DNA of 64,000 nt from the NCBI GenBank assembly GCA_965644315.1, contig CBFFRQ010000078.1, positions 310,001 to 374,000 on the forward strand, written 5' to 3'. Source of the stretch: Caecitellus pseudoparvulus. Its lineage: Eukaryota; Protista; Bigyra: Bicosoecida. Position numbers and translations under genes: made by a program. This document shows positions 35,194 to 46,259 of the stretch, in pieces. The notes beneath the pieces are model-generated. The model worked only from the letters and a program-made list of their open reading frames with translations. It was not told the origin of the DNA and searched no databases. Positions within the stretch are counted from its first letter, which is position 1. Each line of letters starts with the position of its first letter.

Positions 35194-38171
35194 TTACTTC
35201 TTGGCGGGGATGTCACCGGGCTTGGTGCAGGCGTCGCAGCACAGCAGGCACTGGCAGCAGGTCATGTCTTCCTTCCCGTTGGCCGCGCGCCAGCGCTTGG
35301 CCTGGGCGTACATGTACACCCAGAACATGATGAGGAGCAGGATGACCATGGCAGTGGTGCCCAGCTCGGTGGAGGCGTTGGTGTTCTCAGCGAACGTGCG
35401 CACAGTGCCGTCCACATCCATGGCGGAGAAGGTGCGGCCGTTCAGGCACACCTTGCCCTCTGCGCCGAAAGTGCTCTCGCCAGGGTAGCACTCGCGGCAG
35501 CGGCCGTTCACGCACACGCCAGTCCACAGGGCAGCACGAGGCGTGCCGTCCACGTTGGCGTTGCCAGCGGCATTGATGACAGAGAGAGGAGCAGAGCCGT
35601 TGTAGTAGCGCCATTCACCGCAGGCACCGCCTGAGCCCTGCACGAAGTCCTTGTTGGTGGGCTCGCCCTTGATGGGGAAGGCGCCAGGCATGGTGTTGCT
35701 AGTGCCATAGGGAGCGCCAGAACCAGAGGGGTTGCCGATGTTTGCGCCAGGGTACACGACGTCCTGCACGTTGACAGAGGTGGCGCCGTTGTTGGCACCG
35801 TACACAGAGCGGCAGCGGCTGCCCAGCACCTGGGGAGACTTCTCGCGGCACAGGCCAAGCAGCTTGTGGGAGTCAGAGTCGCACAGGTAGTAGTTGCCCA
35901 CGGCGTCCGTGCACAGGCCCTCGTCGATGTGGCAGTACTGGCCACCGGAGCACTGGTTGTCAGCAAAGCACTCGACACACTTGGTGGTGGGAGCGATCTT
36001 GCCGTTGGTGGTGGGGGTGCGCCCCACGATGCAGTTGGCGAAGCGGTTGGCAGCCTTGTTGGCGCTATCAGACGCCTGGTCTGCGTTGGGGTTGTCGGCG
36101 GAGGCGACGAGGCAGTCAGCTGCAGCGGAGCACTGGTCGGCCACGCTGGACGTCTCGAAGGACGCGGAGCCGATCTTCAGCCAGTCAGACCCGCAGGACT
36201 TCACGTCGTTGTCCTCGTCCACGTCGAACACGGCAGAGATGCGCACCAGGTACCACGCGTTGCGCTTGGGGGACACGTCAGCCAGCAGGCTACCGACCTG
36301 GTTGGTGGCGTTACCGCCCTTGTTGCGCCAGTACTCGTTCACCATCCAGCGAGAGGAGGTGGTGACAGGGGATGCGCTGTCGCTGTAGAAGTCCTCGAAG
36401 TTAACCTCGCCCACCTGCCCAGCGGCGGCCCAAGGCTGGCCATACCCGTTGTTGTCATGCTCGACGTTCCAGTCGCTCACACGGGCGATCTCCCACAGGG
36501 GGCTGCAGCCGGGCTGGTCACCCGTCACGCCCTCGGGCATGTTCAGGTTCACCACACCAGAGAAGGCGACGCGGGCACGCCACCACATGGCAGATGCCTG
36601 CACACGGAAGATAGCGGTGGGGGTCTGGGTCTTGGACCAGGTCCAGGAGTGCCCCCTGTCCTCGTTGTTGTCCCAGTTGCGCAGGGTGAGGTCGGACAGC
36701 TGGCTCAGCATGGGGTAGTCCTTCACCCAGGTGATGGTCAGGTCCACGTCCAGGAAGGGGGATGTCTGCCCAGTCCAGTCGTACCGGAAGATGGTCAGCT
36801 CAGGCAGCTTGAAGGTCAGGGTGCCCAGGTCGGAGGAAGAGGGGCTGGTCACATCCAGAGGCAGGTCCCACGTGCGGGTGATGAGGTCGGCGCCAGTGGA
36901 CACGGTGTGGGTGGCGTTGCCAGCAGCAGGGCCGAAGATCTGGCGGTGGCCAGGGTCGGAGTAGTTCACGTGCAGGGTCTGGGCCGGGATCGTGCCGATG
37001 TTCACGGTGCCGTTGGCGCCACCGAAGCCAGACCAGCCCTCCACCATGGGCATGGAGCTCCTCCAGTCAATGTTGCCGATCTGGGTGCCGTCCAGGCCAG
37101 TGGCGCGCACGTTGGCGGTGTACGCGAAGCCGGCGATGGCCCACCCGATGCGGGCGAACTGCTCGTCCACAGGCAGCGTCACGGAGGTACCAGGGGACAG
37201 GAAGTTCTCGACGGACACAGTGCGGCCCATGGCCAGGGAGCCAAAGGCAGCCCGGGCAACGGCGCCGCTCGCGCCACCCACAGCGTTGTTGATGGTGTCG
37301 GGCTCGGGGTACACGAAGCGGTACAGGAACTTGCCGGCGTAGTTGGCCTGGGACGCCAGGAACAGGTTCCCGGGGTTCTTGATGGTCAGGATGTTGCGCC
37401 CAGGGTTCAGACCGATGGTGGCCGTGAAGGCGTACACGCCAGAGGCATTGGCAGCGGCGGTGTGGCCGTGGATCACACCCACGCTCTGCATGGTGCTCAC
37501 AAGGCTGTACCGGGTGTCAGTGGCGTTGGTCCAGGCAGTGGGCAGGCTGGCCAGATCGTTCTGGCCGTTCCTGTGCAGCGCAGTGGGCAGTGGGCAGTGC
37601 AGTGCCCGCCAAGCCGGGGCCAAGCCACGCGCCACTGCACGTACTGAGGCGTGGCGAAGTACAGCCAGTCCCGTCCATTGGAGCTGTCGTGCCAGCGCCA
37701 GTCACCGTTCACGCCACGACCACCCTGCTGCTCATCGTTCCAGGCATACACCTGCAAGAAGGAGGGCAGGCGTGCGCAGTGCCCAGCTGTGCGTGGTCGT
37801 GTCAGTGTCAGCTGCGGCACCTCACCTGCAGGACTGCCTTGGACATCTCCGCCGTCACATCCATGTAGTAGTTCTGGCGCTTGCCCTTGGCGACGCTGAA
37901 GCTGAAGCAGCTCCATGCACCATTCGAGCTCAGGCTTGGCTGCAGGGCCGTGGAGTCAGTAGTGACGGCATCGGCGCAGGAGCTCTTGGCGAACGGCTGC
38001 TCTGTGGGCCGGGAGCGGCGGCAGAACAGGGTGAGGCGGCGCGCCAGGGCGAGGCGCCCGGCGGCGGCAAGCCGCGGAAAGGGTGCAGGTGTGTGTGAAG
38101 AACGAGTACGTACGGGCAGAAGCGGTGGCGGCCGCGGCCAAGACGGCCAAAGTGGCGAGCAGAGTGCGCAT
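35194..38171 (-). CDS. Type I membrane surface glycoprotein, paralog A (unknown family)
   Basis: Signal peptide MRTLLATLAVLAAAATASA, three short 5' introns, a large ectodomain with N-glycosylation sequons, a Cys-rich membrane-proximal region (CVECFADNQC...YCH...GLC), one TM (AMVILLLIMFWVYMY) and the tail MTCCQCLLCCDAC. Strong C/G3 codon bias. Confidence 0.9.
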
Positions 38172-41100
38172 GGCTGGCAAGGCGTGGTGGGCAAACTCGA
38201 GCACGTCGCGTGCTTGTGTTTGCACTGTACGCAGCTCAACACCGGCACAGATCGTGAGGTGGGAGTGAAGTGTTGCGAGAGAGTGGATGAGATTTCATCA
38301 TCACAAAGCGTAGGGGGGGGTCGAGCGGTGCTCGAACGGCGAGGGGGGGGTCGGCAAGTTGTACTTGGCACCGGAATGTCGAGCTTGAACAAGCGCTCGA
38401 TTGCATCCTGGGGCAAGCAGGCAACAGTACCGCCTACAGTCTGATAAAGGGATCTGCATGATCTCCGAAGGCCCTCCGAAGCCGGCGCAGCGGCCAGTAC
38501 GGGTGTGGTGCGACACGGGCGAAATGCGGAAATGGAGATCGGATGGTGCGGAAGAAGAAGCTCCACGTTACGCACACCTCGAGTAAGGTGAAACATGTTG
38601 AGCCCCAGAGGCGGGGTGTCAAATTCATTGCATCATACTGGAGCTCATTCAAGCAGTCGCTTGGATGACTTGACCTCCATCTCCGATCAACGCCTCGCCA
38701 ATAGCGACGAGGCGCACCACCACGCCTTGCCAGCCATGCGCACTCTGCTCGCCACTTTGGCCGTCTTGGCCGCGGCCGCCACCGCTTCTGCCCGTACGTA
38801 CACGTTCTTCACGCACACCTGCACCCTTTCCGCGGCTTGCCGCCGCCGGGCGCCTCGCTCTGGCGCGCCGCTTCACCCTGTTCTGCCGCCGCTCCCGGCC
38901 CACAGAGCAGCCGTTCGCCAAGAGCTCCTGCGCCGATGCCGTCACTACTGACTCCACGGCCCTGCAGCCAAGCCTGAGCTCGAATGGTGCATGGAGCTGC
39001 TTCAGCTTCAGCGTCGCCAAGGGCAAGCGCCAGAACTACTACATGGATGTGACGGCGGAGATGTCCAAGGCAGTCCTGCAGGTGAGGTGCCGCAGCTGAC
39101 ACTGACACGACCACGCACAGCTGGGCACTGCGCACGCCTGCCCTCCTTCTTGCAGGTGTATGCCTGGAACGATGAGCAGCAGGGTGGTCGTGGCGTGAAC
39201 GGTGACTGGCGCTGGCACGACAGCTCCAATGGACGGGACTGGCTGTACTTCGCCACGCCTCAGTACGTGCAGTGGCGCGTGGCTTGGCCCCGGCTTGGCG
39301 GGCACTGCACTGCCCACTGCCCACTGCGCTGCACAGGAACGGCCAGAACGATCTGGCCAGCCTGCCCACTGCCTGGACCAACGCCACTGACACCCGGTAC
39401 AGCCTTGTGAGCACCATGCAGAGCGTGGGTGTGATCCACGGCCACACCGCCGCCGCCAACGCCTCCGGCGTGTACGCCTTCACGGCCACCATCGGCCTGA
39501 ACCCTGGGCGCAACATCCTGACCATCAAGAACCCCGGGAACCTGTTCCTGGCGTCCCAGGCCAACTACGCCGGCAAGTTCCTGTACCGCTTCGTGTACCC
39601 CGAGCCCGACACCATCAACAACGCTGTGGGTGGCGCGAGCGGCGCCGTTGCCCGGGCTGCCTTTGGCTCCCTGGCCATGGGCCGCACTGTGTCCGTCGAG
39701 AACTTCCTGTCCCCCGGTGGCTCCGTGACGCTGCCTGTGGACGAGCAGTTCGCCCGCATCGGGTGGGCCATCGCCGGCTTCGCGTACACCGCCAACGTGC
39801 GCGCCACTGGCCTGGACGGCACCCAGATCGGCAACATTGACTGGAGGAGCTCCATGCCCATGGTGAATGGCTGGACTGGCTTCGCCAACGCCAACAACTC
39901 CGTGAACATCGGCACGATCCCGGCCCAGACCCTGCACGTGAACTACTCCGACCCTGGCCACCGCCAGATCTTCGGCCCTGCTGCTGGCAACGCCACCCAC
40001 ACCGTGTCCACTGGCGCTGACCTCATCACCCGCACATGGGACCTGCCCCTGGATGTGACCAGCCCCACTTCCTCCACCCTGGGCTCCCTGACCTTCAGCC
40101 TGCCTGAGCTGACCATCTTCCGGTACGACTGGACTGGGCAGACGTCCCCCTTCCTGGACGTGGACCTGACCATCACCTGGGTGAAGGACTACCCCATGCT
40201 GAGCCAGCTGTCCGACCTCACCCTGCGCAACTGGGACAACAACGAGGACAGGGGGCACTCCTGGACCTGGTCCAAGACCCAGACCCCCACCGCTATCTTC
40301 CGTGTGCAGGCATCTGCCATGTGGTGGCGTGCCCGCGTCGCCTTCTCTGGTGTGGTGAACCTGAACATGCCTGAGGGCGTGACGGGTGACCAGCCCGGCT
40401 GCAACCCCCTGTGGGAGATCGCCCGTGTGAGCGACTGGAACGTCGAGCATGACAACAACGGGTATGGCCAGCCTTGGACCGCCGCTGGGCAGGTGGGCCA
40501 GGTTGACTTCGAGGACTTCTACAGCGACAGCGCATCCCCTGACACCACCTCCTCTCGCTGGATGGTGAACGAGTACTGGCGCAGCAAGGGCGGCAGCGCC
40601 AACAACCAGGTTGGCAACCTGCTGGCTGACGTGTCCCCCAAGCGCAACGCGTGGTACCTGGTGCGCATCTCTGCCGTGTTCGACGTGGACGAGGACAACG
40701 ACGTGAAGTCCTGCGGGTCTGACTGGCTGAAGGTCGGCTCCGCGTCCTTCGAGACGTCCAGCGTGGCCGACCAGTGCTCCGCTGCAGCTGACTGCCTCGT
40801 CGCCTCCGCCGACAACCCCAACGCTGACCAGGCGTCTGACAGCGCCAACAAGGCTGCCAACCGCTTCGCCAACTGCATCGTGGGGCGCGCCCCCACCACC
40901 AACGGCAAGATCGCCCCCACCACCAAGTGTGTCGAGTGCTTTGCTGACAACCAGTGCTTCGGTGGCCAGTACTGCCACATCGACGAGGGCCTGTGCACGG
41001 ACGCTGTGGGCAACTACTACCTGTGCGACTCTGACTCCCACAAGCTGCTTGGCCTGTGCCGCGAGAAGTCTCCCCAGGTGCTGGGCAGCCGCTGCCGCTC

Positions 41101-41707
41101 TGTGTACGGTGCCAACAACGGCGCCACCTCTGTCAACGTGCAGGACGTCGTGTACCCTGGTGCAAACATCGGCAACCCCTCTGGTTCCGGCGCTCCCTAT
41201 GGCACTTTCAATGTCATGCCTGGCGCCTTCCCCATCAAGGGCGAGCCCACCAACAAGGACTTCGTGCAGGGCTCAGGCGGTGCCTGCGGTGAGTGGCGCT
41301 ACTACAACGGCTCTGCTCCCCTCTCTGCCATGACGGGCATTGGCAACGCCAACGTGGACGGCACGCCCCGTGCTGCCCTGTGGACTGGCGTGTGCGTGAA
41401 CGGCCGCTGCCGCGAGTGCTACCCTGGCGAGAGCACTTTCGGCGCAGAGGGCAAGGTGTGCCTGAACGGCCGCACCTTCTCCGCCATGGATGTGGACGGA
41501 ACTGTGCGCACGTTCGCTGAGAACACCAACGCCTCCACTGAGCTGGGCACCACTGCCATGGTCATCCTGCTCCTCATCATGTTCTGGACTTTCTCTTACG
41601 CTCAGGCCAAGCGCTGGCGCGCGGCCAACGGGAAGGAAGACATGACCTGCTGCCAGTGCCTGCTGTGCTGCGACGCCTGCACCAAGCTGGGTGACATCCC
41701 TACCAAG
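35200..41707. repeat. Large inverted repeat: arms ~35200-38190 and 38717-~41707, spacer 38191-38716 (526 bp)
   Basis: The arms are reverse complements and colinear: matching positions sum to 76907 at the ATGs (38171/38736), the inner ends (38190/38717) and internal ORF ends (37635/39272). Confidence 0.97.
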
Positions 41708-41755
41708 GGTGGTGGCAAGAGCGTCACCAACCCTGCCGCAGGGCAGAGCGCCTGA
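38736..41755 (+). CDS. Type I membrane surface glycoprotein, paralog B (inverted near-identical copy of A)
   Basis: Same exon structure and signal peptide as A. About 35 amino-acid differences in patches and a longer C-terminus (…PTKGGGKSVTNPAAGQSA). Confidence 0.9.
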
Positions 41756-41921
41756 GCGGCATGTGGATCGTGAACCGCTTGCAGTGTGCGAGCGAGAGTG
41801 CAGTGCCAAACCCCACGCCTGCGCTGTGCAAAGAATGCATCGTCAAGTGCAAGAGTGTTGTTGGGATAGGCGCTCGTACGCAATGCGTTTTTGCATTGGA
41901 GAGTGGGCACAGTGGAAGTGC

Positions 41922-44900
41922 CTAGGCGTGGTCGGCGTCGCCGCCGGTGGGGGCCGTGGCGCCCTCATCGGTGGCGGGGGCTCCTGCCGCGTCGTCGCTG
42001 GCAGGGGCAGGGGCAGTCTTGCTGGAGTCCCCGGCCTTGGCACCGCCCTCGTCGGCACAGGCACCGCAGCAGAGGATGCACTCGCAGCAGGACATGGGCT
42101 TCTTGCCGTTGGCAATGCGCCAGCGCTTGGCCTCGGTGTACATGTACACCCAGAAGAGCAGGATGAGGAGGACAATCATCATGGTGGTGCCCAGCTCAGT
42201 GGAGGCGCGGGTGTCCTGGGTGTAGGAGCGCACAGTGCCGTCCACGTCACGAGCAGAGTGGCTGCGCCCGTTCAGGCACACCTTGCCAGGGTTGCGGCCG
42301 TTGCTGGCGGCGCCGTTGAAAGACGAGCCGGGCAGGCACTCCACACAACGGTGGCCCTTGTTGCCGCCCATGTCAACACACAGGCCGTTCCAGAGGGTCG
42401 TGCGCACCTGGCCGGCAACGCTGACCCAGGGATCAGACGATGTCACAGTCTCGAAGGCGCCCGAGGGAGGGGCTGAGCTGTTGTAGTAGCGGAACTCACC
42501 GCAGGCGCCGTTGGAACCCTGTGCGAAGTCCTTGTTCTTGGGGTCGCCCTTGACAACGAACTGCTTGTATGGTGCCGTGATCGACCCTTGGTTGCCGCCG
42601 TTGGCCTGCCCGCTCCACTGATACGTTGATGCTCCCGGCACGAAAGCTCCGGTTGACACACCAGGGAACTCGTACTTGAAGTTCGCACCGTTAATGTAGT
42701 TGGAGGGGCGGCAGCGAGACCCAAGAATGCTGGTGTCCTTCTCTCGGCACAGGCCGTAGAGGTCGTACGAGGATTTGTCACAGAAGTATGTGTCACCGAC
42801 AGCGTTAGTGCACATGCCATAGTCCGTGTGGCAGTACTGGCCACCGTCGCACTGGTTGTCAGAGAAGCACTCGACGCACTTGGTGGTGGGGACAGTCTTG
42901 CCACGGCGGATGCTCTGCACAATTCGGCAGGTGGAGAAACGGTTGGCGGCGCCGTTTGCGCTGTCCGAGGCCTGGTCCTTGTTAGGGTTGTCAGCGGAGG
43001 CCACCATGCACTCAGAGGAGGCTCGGCACTGCCCAATGGCGGAGTCGGCCTCGAAGGATGCCGAGCCGATCTCGATCCAGTTGGACCCGCAGTCGTCCAA
43101 GCCAGAGGCGGTCATGGCAGGGGCGGCGGAAATGCGCACCAGGAACCACAGGCTGCGGGTGGTGCTGTAGTCAGCCAGACCATCGCCGTAGTTGCTGGCC
43201 CAGAAGTTAGAGCGAATCTTCGACACTGACTTCTTTGTCAGCAGGCCGGAAGGAATGGAGTCGGTGTAGAAGCTCGCAGTGTTGAGAGACGAAGACATGG
43301 CATCGCTGAAATCCTCAAACCAGCCACTCTCGTGCCTGCCGTAGCTGCTGCCTGAGGTGGAATAGGTGGATACCTCTTGGATCTCCCACAGGGGCTGGCA
43401 ACCAGGGGAGTTGGCAGCGGTGATGGTGGTGGCGCCAGCGTTGGTGAGGGCATTCAAGTTGGCCACATTCTTGGCCACGATACGCCCGTCGTACCAGTAG
43501 GCGTCGGTGCGGAGCAGGTACAGGCCGAAGGGCTCCTGGTTGTTGATGTCCGTTGCCTTGTGGCCGGAATCCTCAGAGTCGTCCCAGTTACGGAGGCGCT
43601 TGTTGGACAGCTCGCTCAGCATGGGGTACATGTCCACACGCACGATAGTGACACGAACGTTAAGGAAAGGTGAGCTCTGCTCGCCCCAGTTGTACAGGTC
43701 AGAAGACACTGCGTTGTTAGAGGCATCAACTGCCTGGAACGTGGGGAGGCGCACTCGCACCGAGCCGAAGGCAGAGGAGCCGGGGCCTGTCACATCAAGG
43801 GGGCCGACGAAGTCAGCAGTGAAGGTGTTCACGTTGGCACTGCTATCCCACGTTGCCACGCGCTCAGCCGACTTGGCACGGATGCTGAAGTCGGTGATGT
43901 TGTAGTACGCAACACGGGAGTTGCTACCCGTATGACCCAGCGTGACCACGTTGGCTGCGCCAGGCTTGGACAGGGTGGCGTCCTTGAATGTGTACCCTTC
44001 AGGCTCAATGAGAAGGTTCTGGCCACGGCCATTTCCGCTGGCACCCAGGCTAGTGATGTTGCCAACGCCGTTGCCGAGCACCTCGACTTGCACCTTGAAG
44101 CCCTTGATGGGCAGGCCCACCTTGGCGAAAGTGGCGTCGATGTCCAGGTTCACGTATGTGCCGGGCAGGAAGAAGTCAGACACGGTGCGTGCCTCGCCCA
44201 CCTTCAGGGGGCCGCCAAAGTCAGCCTTCATGGCAGGGGAAATAGACGACGAGTACGAGACATAGTTGGTCAGAGCGCTGTCGTCATTGGGGTTCACGAA
44301 GCGCCACATGAAGACGCCCTCAAAGTCGGCGACGCTGCCAGGGGAGCCGCTGGTGGGCACCACGCTGGGGTGGCCGATCTGCAGGAAGTTCATGCCCAGG
44401 TTGAGGCCAACGTGATAGTCCTTGCCTTGGTTGCTCGAGCTGGGAACCCAGGCATACACGCCGTTGTTGCGTGCACCGGAAGTCCAGCCTCGGATGGAAC
44501 TCAACTGGATGCGAGTGGTGCGGTTGGAGTAGTCGAAGACATCCGGGTTGAAGCCGCTGATGTCCACCTCGTCGCTGCTCTTCTCGCCTCTGCGCTTGGG
44601 TGTGTGCGTGTATGTGCATGCCTGCCACGGTGAAAAGCAAGCTGTCCCACGCACTGGGCTCGCAAGATGTAGACGAATTCGTCTTCTCCCCGGTTCCAGC
44701 GATGGTCGGCTGGGGAGGCAGACATGTCGCCACCAGCACTGCGAGGGATATAGCATGCACCGGGTGGAGCGGAGTGGGCAATTGCGGCAGAGTCAGCCTG
44801 ATGATGGTGTTGTGGAACTCACCGGCCGTTGTTCCACATGATGAACTGCGATGAGGGGTGGTGGATCGGGTGTAGCACCGCTCGCTGAAACGAGTGGCGG

Positions 44901-45215
44901 TGGCAGCACACACCTGCAGCTCGGCGCCCTCGTTCGCGGGAGACACGTCGATGCGCATGGTGGCCACGCCTGTCGTAGAGACATCAAAGTTAATGCAGCT
45001 CCAGGCGCCATCGCTGGTGGGAGTGGCCTGGTAGGCGTCCGTCGAGAAGGAGTTGGTGGTGCAGCTGTCCTTATTGAACGTCGGGCCGATGACTGCGTGA
45101 GCCAGCCGGATCAGGTGAGACTGGGGACACACACACGATAGGTGCGCATGTACATACCAGCCTGGGCGGACCAGACCGCCGCGAGGGCGGAGAGCACGCC
45201 AAGAACGGTGCGCAT
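41922..45215 (-). CDS. Type I membrane surface glycoprotein, paralog C (diverged)
   Basis: Signal peptide MRTVLGVLSALAAVWSAQA followed by an intron at the same position as in A/B. Shared blocks GAWSC, YPMLSELS...LRNWD, PGCQPLWEI, IGSASFE, VASADNPNKDQASDSAN, PTTKCVECF, GACGEFRYYN, GKVCLNGR and STELGTT, a TM and the tail MSCCECILCCGAC. Confidence 0.9.
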
Positions 45216-46259
45216 ATTGAACGGCTAAACTGTCGACAGAAGGTCGGGACCAACGGCAACAGCAACTGCAGTCTGGAGCAGACTGAGAGAGGAAAGGGCT
45301 TGGACACCAGGGGGTGTGCAAGCTGGTAAAGTTGGAGGAAAATTGGGTTTGGGTGGAGAGGGGAACTGAAAGTGTGTTGGTAGGGGGGGAGGGGGGGTCC
45401 GCTGTGTCACAGCGCGACCCCGCCACCACCAGCTGGTCGGAGCGCGCACGGCGCAACCACCGGGTTGTGAGCTTGGAACCGTGGTAAGCATGACACGAAA
45501 GTGTGATTTCAGTGTAAGGATGAGCGCATTTTTCCGGAGGGGACGCAGAAGCGCTGCATTGCTGTGTTCAGGAGCAACAGCGGCAGTTGGCGGGGTGGTG
45601 GCACAGAAGCGGAAACCATGCGCATGCATGCCACACCAGCGCCTCGCACCGCGAGACCAGAACCAGAAGCAGAAGCATACAATCACTTTCTCTGTTCACT
45701 TCCTGTGCTCAAAGATGTAGCGCCGAGGCAGGTGCCGACACCTTGGCAGAAACGCTGGTGGCAACGGGCGGCTGGTGTCGAGGTGAGGGACGCGATGCTG
45801 TGACGAGGCTGGCATGGCGAGGGACGCCAAACTCGCCATCAGGACGGCTACGAGATGGCGTATGAACACTGCAGCGGAGCAGTGCAGTGCCCGGACGTGA
45901 CGCCTGCTCGCTGGGTGGTGCTCAGCCCGCAGAGGGCTGCAGGCGGTGGGTGCAGCTAGCCGTGCAGATAGCACGAGGCGCCCTCGTCACGAGCAATGTC
46001 AGCCACTCGCGGCGCACACCGCACTGAGCCCAACCCTTCAACCCTGCAGAGCAGCTGTGACTCGCCATGGTCGATCCTGTGACACGCACTTGGCCGGCTT
46101 TGAACCCCGCGCCCCCCCATCGCATGGCTGATGCAATCCGGCACCCAATCTAGCCCCTGCCGAACCCAGAGCGCAGCACCCTTTGCATGAGGCGGCCTCC
46201 CTTGCTTGCGCACCCCTTGGTGGAAGCTGTTGCGCATGCCGCCGACGGACGCTCCACTT

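Noticed and set aside
35866-41041. Mirror-image 593-aa ORFs (35866..37647 + and 39260..41041 -)
   Set aside because: Antisense frames of paralogs A and B kept open by C/G3 codon bias. Their duplication simply reflects the inverted repeat.
35200-41707. Inverted repeat read as transposon terminal repeats
   Set aside because: The arms are entire intron-containing host-type genes. There is no transposase or other coding capacity in the spacer, and I saw no target-site duplication.
45216-46259. 1-kb gap with short ORFs and a small ACAC-GAAA-GTGT hairpin (~45494-45505)
   Set aside because: No convincing coding signal or RNA family features. Best treated as the paralog C promoter plus the P2X 3' region.
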